A program made the translations under genes and the position numbers. Below are positions 51,425-64,000 of a DNA stretch of 64,000 nt, piece by piece. This DNA comes from Cirrosporium novae-zelandiae (lineage: Eukaryota), in the NCBI GenBank assembly GCA_026023565.1, contig JAPETS010000034.1:1-64000 (forward strand). The letters are read 5' to 3'. The stretch's first letter is position 1, and the number at the start of each line of letters is the position of its first letter. Under the pieces are notes generated by a model. The model was not told where the DNA came from, ran no database searches, and worked only from the letters and a program-made list of their open reading frames with translations.

Positions 51425-54400
51425 AACAAAACTCTAGCTAAGGTGCTTTGTTGGATGTAGCCAAGATTCCCTGACTGTCCTGGGAGTTATATTACCACCT
51501 CCTACCGAGTCAAAAGATACTGTGTAATTACCTACTTATGTACTAACCTTACTTCTCTCTCTGTAAGAATAAAATACTAGAACTAGCACTATAGAGGGAA
51601 AAAAAAGAGAGATTATAGGAAGAGAATGTGAGCTAATGTTCGAGCAATGATGAGATTACGTTTAGAGAGATGACGGAAGGAGGGGGTTGGGCTAATTTAA
51701 AGTAGCATACTGTTTGCGTTCTAGGATTCTAGCTAGAATATATAATCTAGAATGCCAGTGTAAGTCATCTGACCTTGGTTCATCACTATTTGGGGGGTCG
51801 GGGCAAACACTCACCGAGTTGTTGAGAGAAGCGAAGTTGAAGCATAGCATCGCAGGAAACAATAAACAACTTGCGAGTCCCTGCCTAAGCGAGTGAGATG
51901 ATGGTCCAGGAATAGAGTCCTTCAGACCCTCCCCCTATTGGTGAAAACTTAAAGTTCAAAAAAGAAGAAACGATAGAAAAATAGATAAAGAGATAAAGAG
52001 ATAAATAGATATCGCATGTCATGATAGAGAAGCGGAACAGATATAAGCCTCCGAAGCGTAACCTACGATGAATAGCATGTCATCGCGCACTCCGCAATAT
52101 CCATCTCATAGCCCGAATGCCTTTGTCAATCCTGACAGGTTCAAGCACCACCATGTCCAAGACGCAAAAAAGATGAAGTCGTCATCTTTCTCGGCTTGTT
52201 TTTGGTGGGCATCTGGCAAGCAGGGAGAAGCGATTCCTGGTCATCTGATTCACCTGGGAGGATTTCCTCAATGTGAATCTCGGATGATTCTTTCTCAAGA
52301 GCCATCCCGCCTTCCGCTTTGGTAGTCGTTTCTTCGTTTGCTGGATTGCTAGAGAGGACAAGGAATTTGGAATCTGGCAGTTTTTTGTCGGGCGCAAGAG
52401 GGTGATTATTGGTATTGGAAGGCATTTTCGGTTATAGAAGGGGTGTTGGTAGGGGGCGAAGAAAAAGCTAATGGGAGATATGTAAGCGAGGATATAACAG
52501 TAGACGGTAAAGATAAGGATTAGGGTTAAATTTTTCAATCGTCATAGCAGAGTGCAGAGCAGTGCAAAACGCAGAGCAGAGCAGGGCGCAATAGAGCTGA
52601 TTTCTAACCCTTCTTTGATTTCTGAGGTATGCAAGTTTGCGAAATCAGTGAAATTTCGATTTACGGCAGCGTTGGCTGGCGATTTCCCGGAATTCTTGGA
52701 CTTGTTATTCAAAAAGGTATCCAGGAGAGAGTAATGGAAGCTAGCTAGCGAGAATAAGAGAATTTGGGTTATTTTCTTCGGCTGCGGGGCAGGGCTGGGG
52801 AAGGCACATAGAAATACTTCATCATCGGCGAGACAACGAGCCTGTTTCTTTTTCCATGCCAAGTGGAAATTCCGACAACTGGTGCGATTTAGAATTCGTG
52901 GCATCGATGAGAGCACCTTGGCTCTCTTGGTCTATCTTGGCCGAGGTCAGAGGTTTGATTCTAGTTGTACAATGTACGATGAGATGGGATGAACTGAACA
53001 TTGGATGACGTTTTTTTTGTAGGTGTAGGCGCTCCTTGCGTACTCGGTTACGTTGCGGTGTAGTTGACCTAATGTGGTAATTAGACGATGCACTGGCTTA
53101 CACCGAGTGCATATTTCACTCGATCCATAACAAGAAATGTTTTGATCAACTCGGCCCAATTTTGATAATATCTTTGGAGATAGTGCTGTGGGAGTCAGAG
53201 CGTAATCTGGCCATGATCAATAAAAAAAGATGAAATGGGATAGTGAGATCTACGGGAAAGATGATCGATTGTCTTGGCTAGGTGGATCAACCTGTGTGAC
53301 CAAGATTGTGGAATTTCCCAATGTACTTAGCTAAGGTCATGGTGTGTCGTCCGTCCTTCCTAAATATTATGCTTACAGTAGTAGACAAATATACCAAAAC
53401 TTTAAGCATCGAGTACTTCCGAACCCTGCATTTGAAGGCGGTGGGAACCTCAAGGGCAGGAGGCGTCGGGAGGAGGGGGGGGGGAGGCTTGAGATCGACC
53501 TGGGAAGACAGCAGTGGCAGAGAATGGCGGATGGTAAAATGATATTGATTGTGCAACAAGCAATTGATATTCGCTAATGTTCGCTAATGCTCGCTACCCG
53601 CCGGCATCTCTTCAACTCCTATTCCATCTCAAAGAAAGAAAGAAAAAAAATTAGCTTTGTGTCTTGAAGCGGCAGGGCCTACAGATGAGTGTATTCAATG
53701 AATTCAATCCATCGACTGCGGTACGGCTGTGCCATCTCTCGAAAATTAAGACATTCTTTCCTCATGGCACGCCCCGAACTTGATGATTTGGACGGGACCT
53801 TGCTGCAGAGTTATCTCATGATCAGTGGTGACGAAAGTGGATCATGCTACAGGCGGCCAAAGATAACCTTGAAGCAGATCATCTACTAATAGCTTTTATC
53901 CAAAGGCTGAATAAATCTCCATCGAGTCCGAGGCTCCGGAGCTCTGGAGCTCTGGATCGCAGGCCGACTCTGGCCTTGTATCACCAAACAAGCATTAGCC
54001 GAATCATTGCAACGGTGATTTGCACCATCGATATTGAATATGAACGGTCAATTACATGTTTACAGTAGAAGAGGACGATAATATTGGCAATTAGCAGCAA
54101 ACAGAGCTTGCTAGGACTCGAGGCGAGATTCGGGTAGCACATAAGAAGAATGAAGCTAATACAAGGTATCAATACCTAAGACGGGGAAGCGCGATAGAGA
54201 AGAAAAAAACCATGAATACTAACCGGGGAATGTGGTTCCAAGGCTCCATGGTTTCGCCTAAGGAAGAAGACAAACAATATTCCATGATAGATTTCCAGGA
54301 ACCCGGTGACAAACAACGGTGAAAGATGTTTGTGTTCGGATGTGTGTGACATCCATCCGAGAGAGGAATCTAGAGGGCAGCAAGAGATTGCAGTATGCCG

Positions 54401-54528
54401 GCTGGAAAAGGCATCGATGGAGGATTTGAGGTAAAGAGATGCTTCTTCTCATCGGCACTTGGTACCTTCTACGCAGGTCTCAGAGGTGCTTTACCTGGTA
54501 CTTGGGTTAATGATGCTCCTGGAATCCC

Positions 54529-54604
54529 GGAACTGCTGGAACTGCTGGAACTGCTGGAACTCTTGGAACTCTTGGAACTCTTGGAACTCTTGGAACTCCT
54601 GGAA
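54529..54604. repeat. 9-bp minisatellite GGAACT(GCT/CTT/CCT) x8
   Basis: ggaactgct x3, ggaactctt x4, ggaactcct x1 read directly. Confidence 0.95.
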
Positions 54605-56417
54605 ATAAACTTAGGAAGTTGGGATGATTCGGTAACAGACAAACTGCACTACCGAAAGATGCGACCAATATCCTAATCAAGGCAGAGCTAATTGATTTTG
54701 ATTGATGGATAACGAGGGCATTGATACACACTCGAAGTTTAAAGCACGGAATGATGATAATCTATTTTTTTCTTCTTCTTTAAAAAAGTAATGTGACAGG
54801 CACACAAATAGGAAAAGAGAAAAGAAAGAGAGTCATTCGTAGAGAAATAGTTAGGCATCGGAAAGTATGGGAAGGAATAGACGGATGATTTGATAGTGTG
54901 TGATAAAGCCGATGCAAGATCCTAGATCCTAGTTCCTAGTTCCTAGTTCCTCAGTTCCCAGTTCCCCTCCCCCCTAGTTCTTCTCTTCCCTTCTTTTCGC
55001 TCATCCTTCCTTTACATACTCGTACTGTAGTATATTGAGGTTCACTTAGGCTTCGACCTTTCAAATAACCCGAAGAATATATAGAAGAAGCCCTTGTTAA
55101 TTCCAGGCACCCCCTTTTTTTTCTTTTTCTTTTCTTATTGCTTTGTATTATACATAGATGGTAGCACAGTACAGTAGGTTAAAATAATTAAATGCCAGGG
55201 GATTAAACTCATTCAGATTGATTGTGTGTTTGATGCAGCCTTAATGGACAATCAGGTAAAGTCACGGCGGCGCGGCATCTCATTCCGGCTAAGAAAAATG
55301 AACTAATAATCAAGATAGACTCTCTAGAGTTTGAGCGCTCCTTAGTCTAGTTAAAAAGCCAGTGTAATCACATATATCTATCTATACATACATACATACA
55401 CACACTTATACCTTACACACACACTTACACTTACACTTACTTACAATACGGACCCATGGTAACTGTATAATTTTAATAGTTAGTCAGTCTTTTTGTCAAT
55501 AGTACAAAGTGCTCCCTCTCTCTCTCTTCTCTCTCTCCCTCTCTTTATCAAATCCTCTCCTCCCCCCCCCCCAATTTACAAATCGGGTAATTCTGGATAT
55601 TCTAGCAACTCTGGTAGACCGGCTATACCTGGCAACACCTGGCAACACCTGGCAACACTTGGATGTCCGGAAACGCTCGTTCTGTCTTTTAACTGAAGTG
55701 GTTCAAATGTATTCACACATATTCTTCCCGGATCGCTACAGACCTTGCATGCGTATTTGCAGAGCTTCCCCGGTAGTCGGGAGAATGTCTGTCGATCAAG
55801 GGGTACCTTGCACGGTTGGGCCCTGGGACCTATGAAGGGAAAATCTGGCGGAAGCATGGGCTCTAACTTCAATCTGCTACTGCTTTCAATCCATTGAGTC
55901 CTAAAAGTCTTGCTCCTCGACCTACAATGCCTATTGCTGATCCTGGTATCCCAATCATCCGGCATCAGGGTTTAGGTGTCTCAAAGGTCACAGTTTAGTA
56001 TGCTTCCTTCAATAGACAAACACACTCTTCTTCGAGAAAATGATGCAGACGTTTCACAAACATATCGTACAGTACACCATGACCATCTCCTGTGGATGCA
56101 TCCTCCAATTCTATAAATCCACCACTTCCTCCCTTTGAATTGCTCCACCAACTTCATCATCGCCATCACCATTACAATCTTCACTCCAGCTTCTTTCTAG
56201 CTTCTTCATCTCCTTCTCGGGATTTCTTTGTTCACCAATTGAGCGCAATTGGCTATAATACCATCGCTCGATTTACTACCACTCCTCTCTAAGAAACAAC
56301 ATCATTTACAAAAGTCATTGATCCATCTACTTCCAACAGAACTCGAGTCTTTTCCTCCAGCCGGCTTAGAACTCGTTGACGTTTTTGTTGCTTCTACCAT
56401 CATTACCAACCACCATC

Positions 56418-56564
56418 ATGTGCCACAAACTTGTACACCAATATGCTTGTGGTCACACAGTTGTGGATGTTGCGCCGTGCGCGAAAAAGCAAGGCGGTGG
56501 AAGTTGCAAGGTCAACACACTTACTCAATCGCATGCTCAAAGATGCCCCAGCTGCCATGGCTAA
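56418..56564 (+). CDS. Small Cys/His-rich protein, 48 aa (MCHKLVHQYACGH..C..C..CPSCHG)
   Basis: ATG in good context (accatcATG), pyrimidine-rich leader, TATAAA at ~56112; MC-x6-Y-x-CGH..CxxC pattern typical of small fungal Cys-rich proteins. Confidence 0.7.
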   Translation: MCHKLVHQYACGHTVVDVAPCAKKQGGGSCKVNTLTQSHAQRCPSCHG

Positions 56565-59397
56565 GAGTAGGTTGGTCGATTCCATTCTCCCTGGCTTGTA
56601 ACTAGAGCTAATTGATATCAGATAACAATAATGTTCCTCACCACCTTGGAAGTCGCGGGTTTCCTTTCTGACCTTTCCTCAATACCCTTCGAGAGCCTTC
56701 GAATTGTACATCCACTTGTGCAGGCGCCGGATCACTTTCGTGGCAATTTACTTTAATAGACTGATTCCTCTTTGGATTGACATGAGAGGGAGGAAAAATA
56801 TGGATTTCATTTTCTGGTTGGAAAATGGCTTATGGCATGGATCTGGCAAGGAACCAGAGGATTTTGGCACTTCCAAGTCATTTCATGAATCTATGATGCG
56901 GTTGAGTTACGGTTAACAATAGTGGGGTACGGACAATTAATGGGGATTCTGTGACAACATTGGGTGGTTTTTGTGAAAAGACTTTTATAGGACAGCCCGG
57001 CAGTGCAGAGGTTGACCTGGCGAATTTATCGGGGTTTCTTGACTAGTTTTAATTTCGCTGGTGTTAGTTTTTTGAAAAGTGCTTCATTGGATCTGCTATT
57101 CCCTCAATATAATCAACTTTCTCAACTAGGTGTAAACTTCCAGAATCCCAGAATATGTCATGTCATGCAGATGGTAGCGGCGATACTCGGTCTTTGTCAC
57201 ACAAGCTTAATAGATGATATGCTGCAGCTTGAAATATGCTCTTGGAACATTCCTCATCATCATTTTTTTTAATCAATGGTTGATCTATCTGACTGCTCGG
57301 CAACAAATGGCAAGGGGATAGCTATAACGAAGTAATCTCATCTATCATGAGCTTAGGGTTTTTAAAAAAAGGTTTGTGGTGATTACACAGCATTTTTGGC
57401 AGTTTTACAGTGTATGGATTCAGTCTGCTGTGCAACAATTCGATGCTGCATTGATCTTCAAAGAGTCTGTCCTCGATGCAGTGGAGGGTAGGACAAGTTG
57501 CTGGTCATAACACATGACTAGTTCATCCGGAAAGAGATCCCCAGAGATCCCCGGTCGGAAGCATTCCATTTAAATGTAACAAAGTTTGCTCGACTCTTTT
57601 TTAGTGTAGGCTGAATTCAATCAACTAATGGCGTTAGTCCTTCGGGTGAAACATTCTTTATTTATTTACGTACCAAGTTACATCTGGTAGTTAAGTTGTA
57701 ACGATTCCAACTATTCCAACTACATATACCAGAAAACCTAAGCGAACCACTTATATCTTTTTTTTACCTTGTATTATTTGGTTTCAGCATTCGGATCAGT
57801 TGGTGTACCTGCTTAATTGCTTAACTGTTTGAAACTCTTCATTGCTTAATTACTTAATTGCTTGAAACTTATAACTGAGTTTATATCATTATATTCCATG
57901 ACGGCTCGGCCCGTCAAGGGGGGGGGGGGGGAAATCTTGATCAAATCCATTCTAGGATTAATTCACAGGTCTACAGGTCCACAGGTCCGGAGGCTGACAG
58001 CATATGCCCGCGGAAGCTGGGAACCGGATTTTGTATCTTGGATACCTGCATGATTAAATCCTCAAAGCTATTCTATCGCAGACGCCGCCCAAACAAGTCG
58101 TCTGTTCTCCCGCCGAGCTTGTCCGTCGCCTATTTCAGAAGAAATGTGTGTTTTCATTTTTTGGGACATCCCTTCTGATCAGATCTGACCTGGCCTTATT
58201 GTACTTCATCACTAAGACTTTATTTTTTATTTTTATTTATTTTTTGCCTTGCCGTGTGTTGAACTTGAACTCGTGTATTGAACTTTAACTTCACCTCGAT
58301 CAGACTTGCCGTGTTTATTTATTTATGGTGATCCGAATGGGCAATAAGTCAATCAACTTTTGTATGCGACAGCAATCAAGCCATCACTTTAGCTGGGAAA
58401 TCTCCCAGGAACATCCTTCTCGTTTCTACCGACATTTGGTAGACGAAGGTCCAGAGCCTCATCGACAATGGAGCCAAGTGCCAGGATCGACGAGCTAGTA
58501 AGGTTGATGCTCAAGGCAGACACTCTACCTTTGCAGAGATTCATCCGTTACTGATCGTGTTTGATGTCCAAGAGCAGTGCTCTAATGAGGGAACCTGCTC
58601 CCCGGGGGGGGGTTTAGTTGAAATATTTATTCAATACCCAAACTTTTGTATGGTGATCTAATTGTGGTCCCTTCCTTACATGCGTTTCCCCTCCTCCTCT
58701 CGAGTTCTATTCTCATTCCTTCCCCACTCAAGATGAGGTTTTCCCCTTCAACTATGCCCTTGATTATACTACCTCTCGTCTTGAATATTACTTCTTTGGA
58801 CTTTTCTAGGTTTAGCTTCTAGATTTGATTCATGGCTTTTCATATCATTGATTATCTATTAACTACACTGTTCGAAAAATCACCAAACCCACGAAATCGA
58901 GGAACTTGAGGTCCAGAGGTCAAATTTATAAGTCTGATGAGGGGTTCAACCCTGGTCGGGGGATCGGGGCCGACGGAGGTATTAATTTGAAAGACCTCAC
59001 CTTTTTTTTTTTTTGGATAGATGTAATTACTGGGCCAAAATAAGGACGAATTCTAGTAAATAGGTAAATAAGTCAATTGGTCAATTGAATTTTATTTTGT
59101 AAATTTCTTCTGAGTACTTGTAATAGCAGAGTTAGCTTATATAAGAGTCGGCAATAAGCCTCCCCGAAAGAGCGATGATCGGTGGTAAGTACACAAGGCT
59201 GACATCATCTTGTAGAGAGGATTCGTCGGAACGAGAACAACCTTGTACTCAAGGACAACTTGTAACCTCCTTCAATAACTTCCCATCATTCCTCAATGAT
59301 CATAATTCCACCAGCTCTGTTCATCAATTGATTGCTCTAACTGCTTTGGCCGTCACTATCAATTAATCCCATCTACCATCTCAAATCTCCCCTCATC

Positions 59398-60612
59398 ATG
59401 TTTGCACGATCGTCTTTCAGCGCATTGCAGCCATTGAGAAATGTAAGTACTATCAAGTACCCTATTCAAGTCATTCAAACTCTGATCAATTGACTTCCAA
59501 CAATCAGACTGTGCGCCGCTATGCGACTGAATCTTCTTCAAGCGGCAGCTCCAATACCATTCTTTATGCCACTCTCGGCGCCTTGGCATGCGGTGGAGGT
59601 TATTACTACTACAGCAAGTCCGGAAAGTCCGCAACTCCAGGAAACGTGGTTCCATCTTCTACTCCACCCAGCGCTTGCCTCACCGGCGGTGATCAAGGCT
59701 GGGTTGGCTTGAAGCTCGCGAGTGTGGAAAATATCAACCATAACACCAAGAAATTCCGATTTGAGTTTCCAGACAAGGACAATGTGTCTGGGATGCATAT
59801 TACTTGTGAGCTCCAGATAACCTACATCAACCATATCTCCTTGATGATAGGCAAAAAAAGATTAGTCGTCGATTGATGCTAACTATTATGTTTTCCAGCT
59901 GCGCTTTTGACCAAATTCAAAGGCCCAGAGATGCAAAAGCCTGTTATCCGACCTTACACCCCAGTCAGCGATGAAGGTAAGTCCCACATTCTCCATCTTT
60001 GCTCCCTTCAGTCGAACCACCAATACTAACACCCGTCGCCCAGACCAATGCGGCTACCTTGACCTCATCGTCAAGGTCTACCCCAATGGCCCCATGTCCG
60101 AACACATGCACAGCATGATCCCGGGCCAACAACTCGACTTCAAAGGTCCGCTCACCAAGTATCCCTGGGTGGCAAATAAGCACTCCCACATCACCCTCAT
60201 CGCCGGCGGCACCGGCATCACCCCGATGTACCAGCTCGCCCGCGCCATCTTCAAGAACCCCGAAGACAAAACAAAAGTAACCCTCGTCTTCGGAAACATC
60301 GCCGAAGAAGACATCCTCCTGAAAAAAGAATTCCAAGAACTCGAAAACACCTACCCGCAGCGCTTCAGGGCGTTTTACCTGCTCGATAACCCGCCCAAGG
60401 ACTGGGCCGGCGGCAAGGGATTCATCACCAAAGAATTGCTCAAGACCGTGTTGCCCGAACCCAAGGAACAAAACATCAAGGTCTTTGTGTGCGGGCCTCC
60501 CGGGTTGTATAAAGCTGTTAGCGGTGGCAAGGTCAGCCCCACCGACCAGGGCGAATTGACGGGAATATTGAAGGATCTTGGATACTCCAAGGATCAGGTA
60601 TTTAAGTTTTAA
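59398..60612 (+). CDS. MCR1: Mitochondrial NADH-cytochrome b5 reductase; exons 59398-59442, 59508-59805, 59899-59976, 60044-60612
   Basis: Presequence plus hydrophobic anchor ([17 protein letters not shown]), [44 protein letters not shown]; three canonical introns. Confidence 0.95.
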
Positions 60613-61306
60613 GAAGAGGCCCAGCCCAGCATATTTATTTCGTGTGTGTGTGCGTTATAAGTAAGTAAAGCATACCTGCGAGGATGAAAACCAATCGTGA
60701 AAACCCTCCTACATCAACTAAAGCCCTGCTGGCACGCACCACCACCCCTCCCTCTACATTTCGGGCCTCTCTTTTGATTGCATGTTACACGTGATGATTA
60801 GAGAAAAGAACCTAACTAATTATTATTTTTCTTCACTCTTGAAAATCACAGAAAGCATGATGATGAAGATGAATGGATGCTTAGAACGTACGTAGTAGAT
60901 AAAAAAATATATATATATCCATACAAATCCAAATCAATTTTTTTTATTTCTATGAAATAATTCATCCTTTTCCTTTTTTCCCTTGGCTAATCAATTTCAA
61001 AATTCCATAGTTTTCTTTGACCGATAGATAGCCTGTTTTGCTTGCTTGTTTGTTTGCTTGGTCCCCCCCTCCACCCCCATTAGGGTTTTTTAGATCTAGA
61101 TATCTATAATTAATTCCTTACTTATCCAGCATAACTGCATTATCCGTATTCGTACCCGTGTCCAAATCCCATATCCATCCATTTCGTTTTTTTGATAAAA
61201 GTAAAAAAAAAAAAATTATACCCGAAATCATACCCATCTTCATTTCCTCCCCCCCAACCCTCACCCTTACCCTCATCGTCCCCATACTCTTTTATCATTT
61301 ACATAC

Positions 61307-64000
61307 CTACCAAGTAACTTCCCACTTAATCCCCCAAGCTCCTCCCTTCCCACCAAACACGCCCTCTAACCCCGTAATCGTCAAAACCCTTGATGAAATA
61401 TCGTACGTACTCTGTATGCCTTTTTCTTCTTCTTCTTCTTCTTCTTCTTCTTCTTCTTCTTCTTCTCCTCCATTGGTGGTGGATCTATGTTTACCAATGC
61501 TCCTATTAAAGGAGAAGGAAAAGGAAATATTGGATCCAGAGGAGGGAGGAGAATGGAGACCTAGTATTTTTATGGTTGAGAGCGGGGGTGTTGGGAACGT
61601 GGATATGTTGGGAAAGGTAGTGGTGGTGTTGAGGGATGTGTTGTTGAATGTGGGTACCGAGGTTAGGGAGTTGGACGTTGCGGTTAGCTATTTACGTGTA
61701 AGCGCGCGTGGTTTTGTTAGTTTCATCCGAGACAAGAAAAGAAGGAAGGGGCAGGAATAAAATATAAATAAATAAATATGGCGTCTCACCTGAACAAACA
61801 CCGTTTCCTCAGGCTCCAAACTCTCCCCGTCATCTAGATACAAAGTTCCAGTCGCGGAACCCTGCGCCCCCAACGCAACCAGGGCACTCCAGGATGTATT
61901 CCTCGCCTCGCGGGTCGTGAGTGCCATTTCTTGGGTCGCCAGAATGGATCCGCCGCGGATGTATACAGGGATATGGCCCAGTGGGGCTGCGATGGAGATG
62001 TTTTTTGCGGGTATGGATGTGGATACGTTGACTGCGGTTTGGGTGTACCAGTCGTACCAGGGGTCTGGACCCGGGAAGACACCCGAGACCGAGGTGGCGC
62101 CCTGGGTTAGGACGGGAGTGACGAGGATGCTGGGACCGAGGAGGAACTGTCTATCTGCAGCGGCGAGGGAAGGGTCATTTGGAAATTCCCAGGCGAGGGC
62201 GCGCAGGACCGTGGAGCCGGATGTGTGGGCCAGGTGGAAAAGTGTGTACATGTATGGTAGGAGGTGGAAGCGGATTCGCATTGCGGTTTTTGTGGCGGAG
62301 ATGACCGAGGACCAGATGTAGGCTTCCTGGGGGATGGCGCCGAGGGTATTGTGGTTGCGGTAAAAGGGGAAGAAGGCGCTGAGTTGCATCCAGCGGGAGC
62401 ATAATTCAGCGTCGGTGTTGTCGTTGAAGCCGCAGGCGTCCGGGCCGAACATGGGGATGCCGAAGAGGGAGAAGGAGAGCGCTTGCGGGATCGAGAAGTA
62501 CATGTAGATCCATTTTGAGAAGTTGTCGCCGCCCCAGTGGCCCGCTTGTTTGCCGGTGCCCGCGAAGGTGGAGCGGCCAATTATGAAGGGACGTTTTGTG
62601 GGAGAGATTTTTAGGAGGGCTTGGTAGGTTGCATTTAAGATTTGGTGGCCAAAGAGATTGTGGATATCGTATTCAACGGTGCCGTCGGCGTGCGTAGCGT
62701 TGGGGGAGACGGCATGCACCGCGAGATCGCCTTTGACGTGGTTTAGGGTGTAGGGTGGGTAGTTTATATTTCTTACGCCGGGGGTGGGCGTTGTGCGGAG
62801 GTACGAAGTTGATGTCAATGGCGCCGGGCTCGCTGTTCGTTGATATGAAGATGCTTGGGATGATGCTCCAGCTACGGCAGAAGCAGCCTCTGTAGAATTT
62901 GTAATATTGAAGCCTTCGGGATAGTCGTAAACCATGTTTCCCTTTTCTCCTGGCAACGGACCTGGCTGGTGAACGGGATTCAATGATAGATTGTTGGACC
63001 CACAGCTGCCCACGCAGAATGAACTGACTTCACTCATGTCGATCCATGCTCCGTCAAATGAAATTTTGCTATACCAGTTGCTCATCTCAGAAATCCACCA
63101 GTCGACAGCGTGGGTGGCAGACCAGTCCGGAAAGACTGTGTATCCGGGCCAGACTTCTCCTATGTATAGGCTTCCATCAGGGTTGGTCATGAAGACCGAG
63201 GAGGCGTTGCCGCGATCAAAGGTACTATAATTATCGCTAGAGTTCGTGGGATTGGGTATATAGATCGCAGAGTCGATTATAGGGATATAATGACGACCGC
63301 TGGCGTGGAGGCGAGATAGAAATGCCTCCCCGGCGGTATAGTTGAAAGTGTTTGGGTCGTTATCGAAATCGCGATATTCCTTCATGTAGTCGATATCGGT
63401 CCTGCGGAGTAGGTTAGCTATTCGTCCCTTTCAGGTAAAGTATATTGGATATTATGTGGCACCAAATATTCTCGAGAGGAATGCCGAATTTCTCATAGTT
63501 ATCAACGACATCTTCCACCACAGACCAATTTTGATATCCCCATCTGCATTGGTGGAAACCAAACGTGAAATACTGCTGCATTGCAGGCAATCCAACAACA
63601 CCTGACTGGTATGCTTTCGTGACCTCATGCTGCGATGGGCCAGGGAAGAAGTACAGGTCGATACCACCACCCAGAGTTCTCCAGGTAATATTTTGTTGGC
63701 TAAGTAATATCTCTTGTCCATGTGCATTCCGAAGGAAAACACCATGAGAATGGGAGATATATTTATTAGAAGGGTTAATCTCATTGCTAGTAACGAGGGT
63801 CATGTTTCCGGTAGCATTGTCGACTTCATAATACCTGGTGTCAAGATAGAATGGGTGGCTGCCATAAATGTTGCTAGGAATTTTAGCAAAACATAGACGC
63901 AAGTGATAAAGATCTCAGTAACTTACTTGTCTATCCCATCCGCATCATCCGCAGCATACATTGTCCGAATAAAGTCATTACCCAGTCTCAATTCATGGAT
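61307..64000 (-). CDS. GH31 alpha-glucosidase (5' end outside window); exons >64000-63927, 63873-63463, 63401-61790, 61687-61307
   Basis: NIYGSHPFY, GFHQCRWGY, WTDIDYM (across intron), nucleophile motif DGAWIDMSE, HWGGDN acid/base, RWMQLSAFFPFYRNHN, GTLYLDDGES. Confidence 0.95.

Noticed and set aside
52141..53159. Several minus-strand ORFs of 70-124 aa
   Set aside because: They could not be joined into a consistent spliced gene and no family motif was recognised; may be decayed sequence.
54395..54731. ORFs with (LEL)n or (VPR)n repeats; CRISPR-like periodicity
   Set aside because: Products of a 9-bp tandem repeat with no spacers, in a eukaryotic context.
58933..58995. CTGATGA followed by a short stem, resembling a hammerhead ribozyme core
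   Set aside because: Stem II is followed by GGTC, not GAAA, and no stems I/III with a cleavage triplet were found.
59965..62580. Long antisense or alternate-frame ORFs over MCR1 and GH31 (e.g. 59965-60471, 61158-61760, 62107-62580)
   Set aside because: Shadow frames of real genes with biased codon usage.

Overview
Eukaryotic, intron-containing DNA from a filamentous ascomycete (GT..AG introns with CTAAC/CTGAC branch points, microsatellite-rich intergenic DNA). Conserved genes, left to right: an HMT1-type half ABC transporter, RTC1/SEA2 (WDR24), a 3-exon tandem RRM-like gene, proline dehydrogenase, an NDUFAF3/Mth938-like protein, HMG-CoA reductase, SPA2, cyclophilin, exosome RRP41, NADH-cytochrome b5 reductase MCR1, and a GH31 alpha-glucosidase that runs off the right edge. 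Two accessory islands interrupt them. (1) At 17-23.4 kb lies a patatin-NB-ARC-TPR NLR pseudogene carrying a solo LTR with a 5-bp target-site duplication and an intronic MITE. (2) At 45.7-51.4 kb lie a frame-broken GFA gene, a 5'-truncated membrane-protein gene joined head-to-head to a chimeric trypsin-fold protease gene that carries a zinc-finger-like domain and a Whi3-like RRM, and nested inverted-repeat elements. Also notable are a secreted protein with an LPMO-like histidine-brace signature (26.2-27.75 kb) and a 48-aa Cys/His-rich protein in a gene-poor stretch. All exon boundaries were read by eye, and family names come from motif recognition, not database searches.
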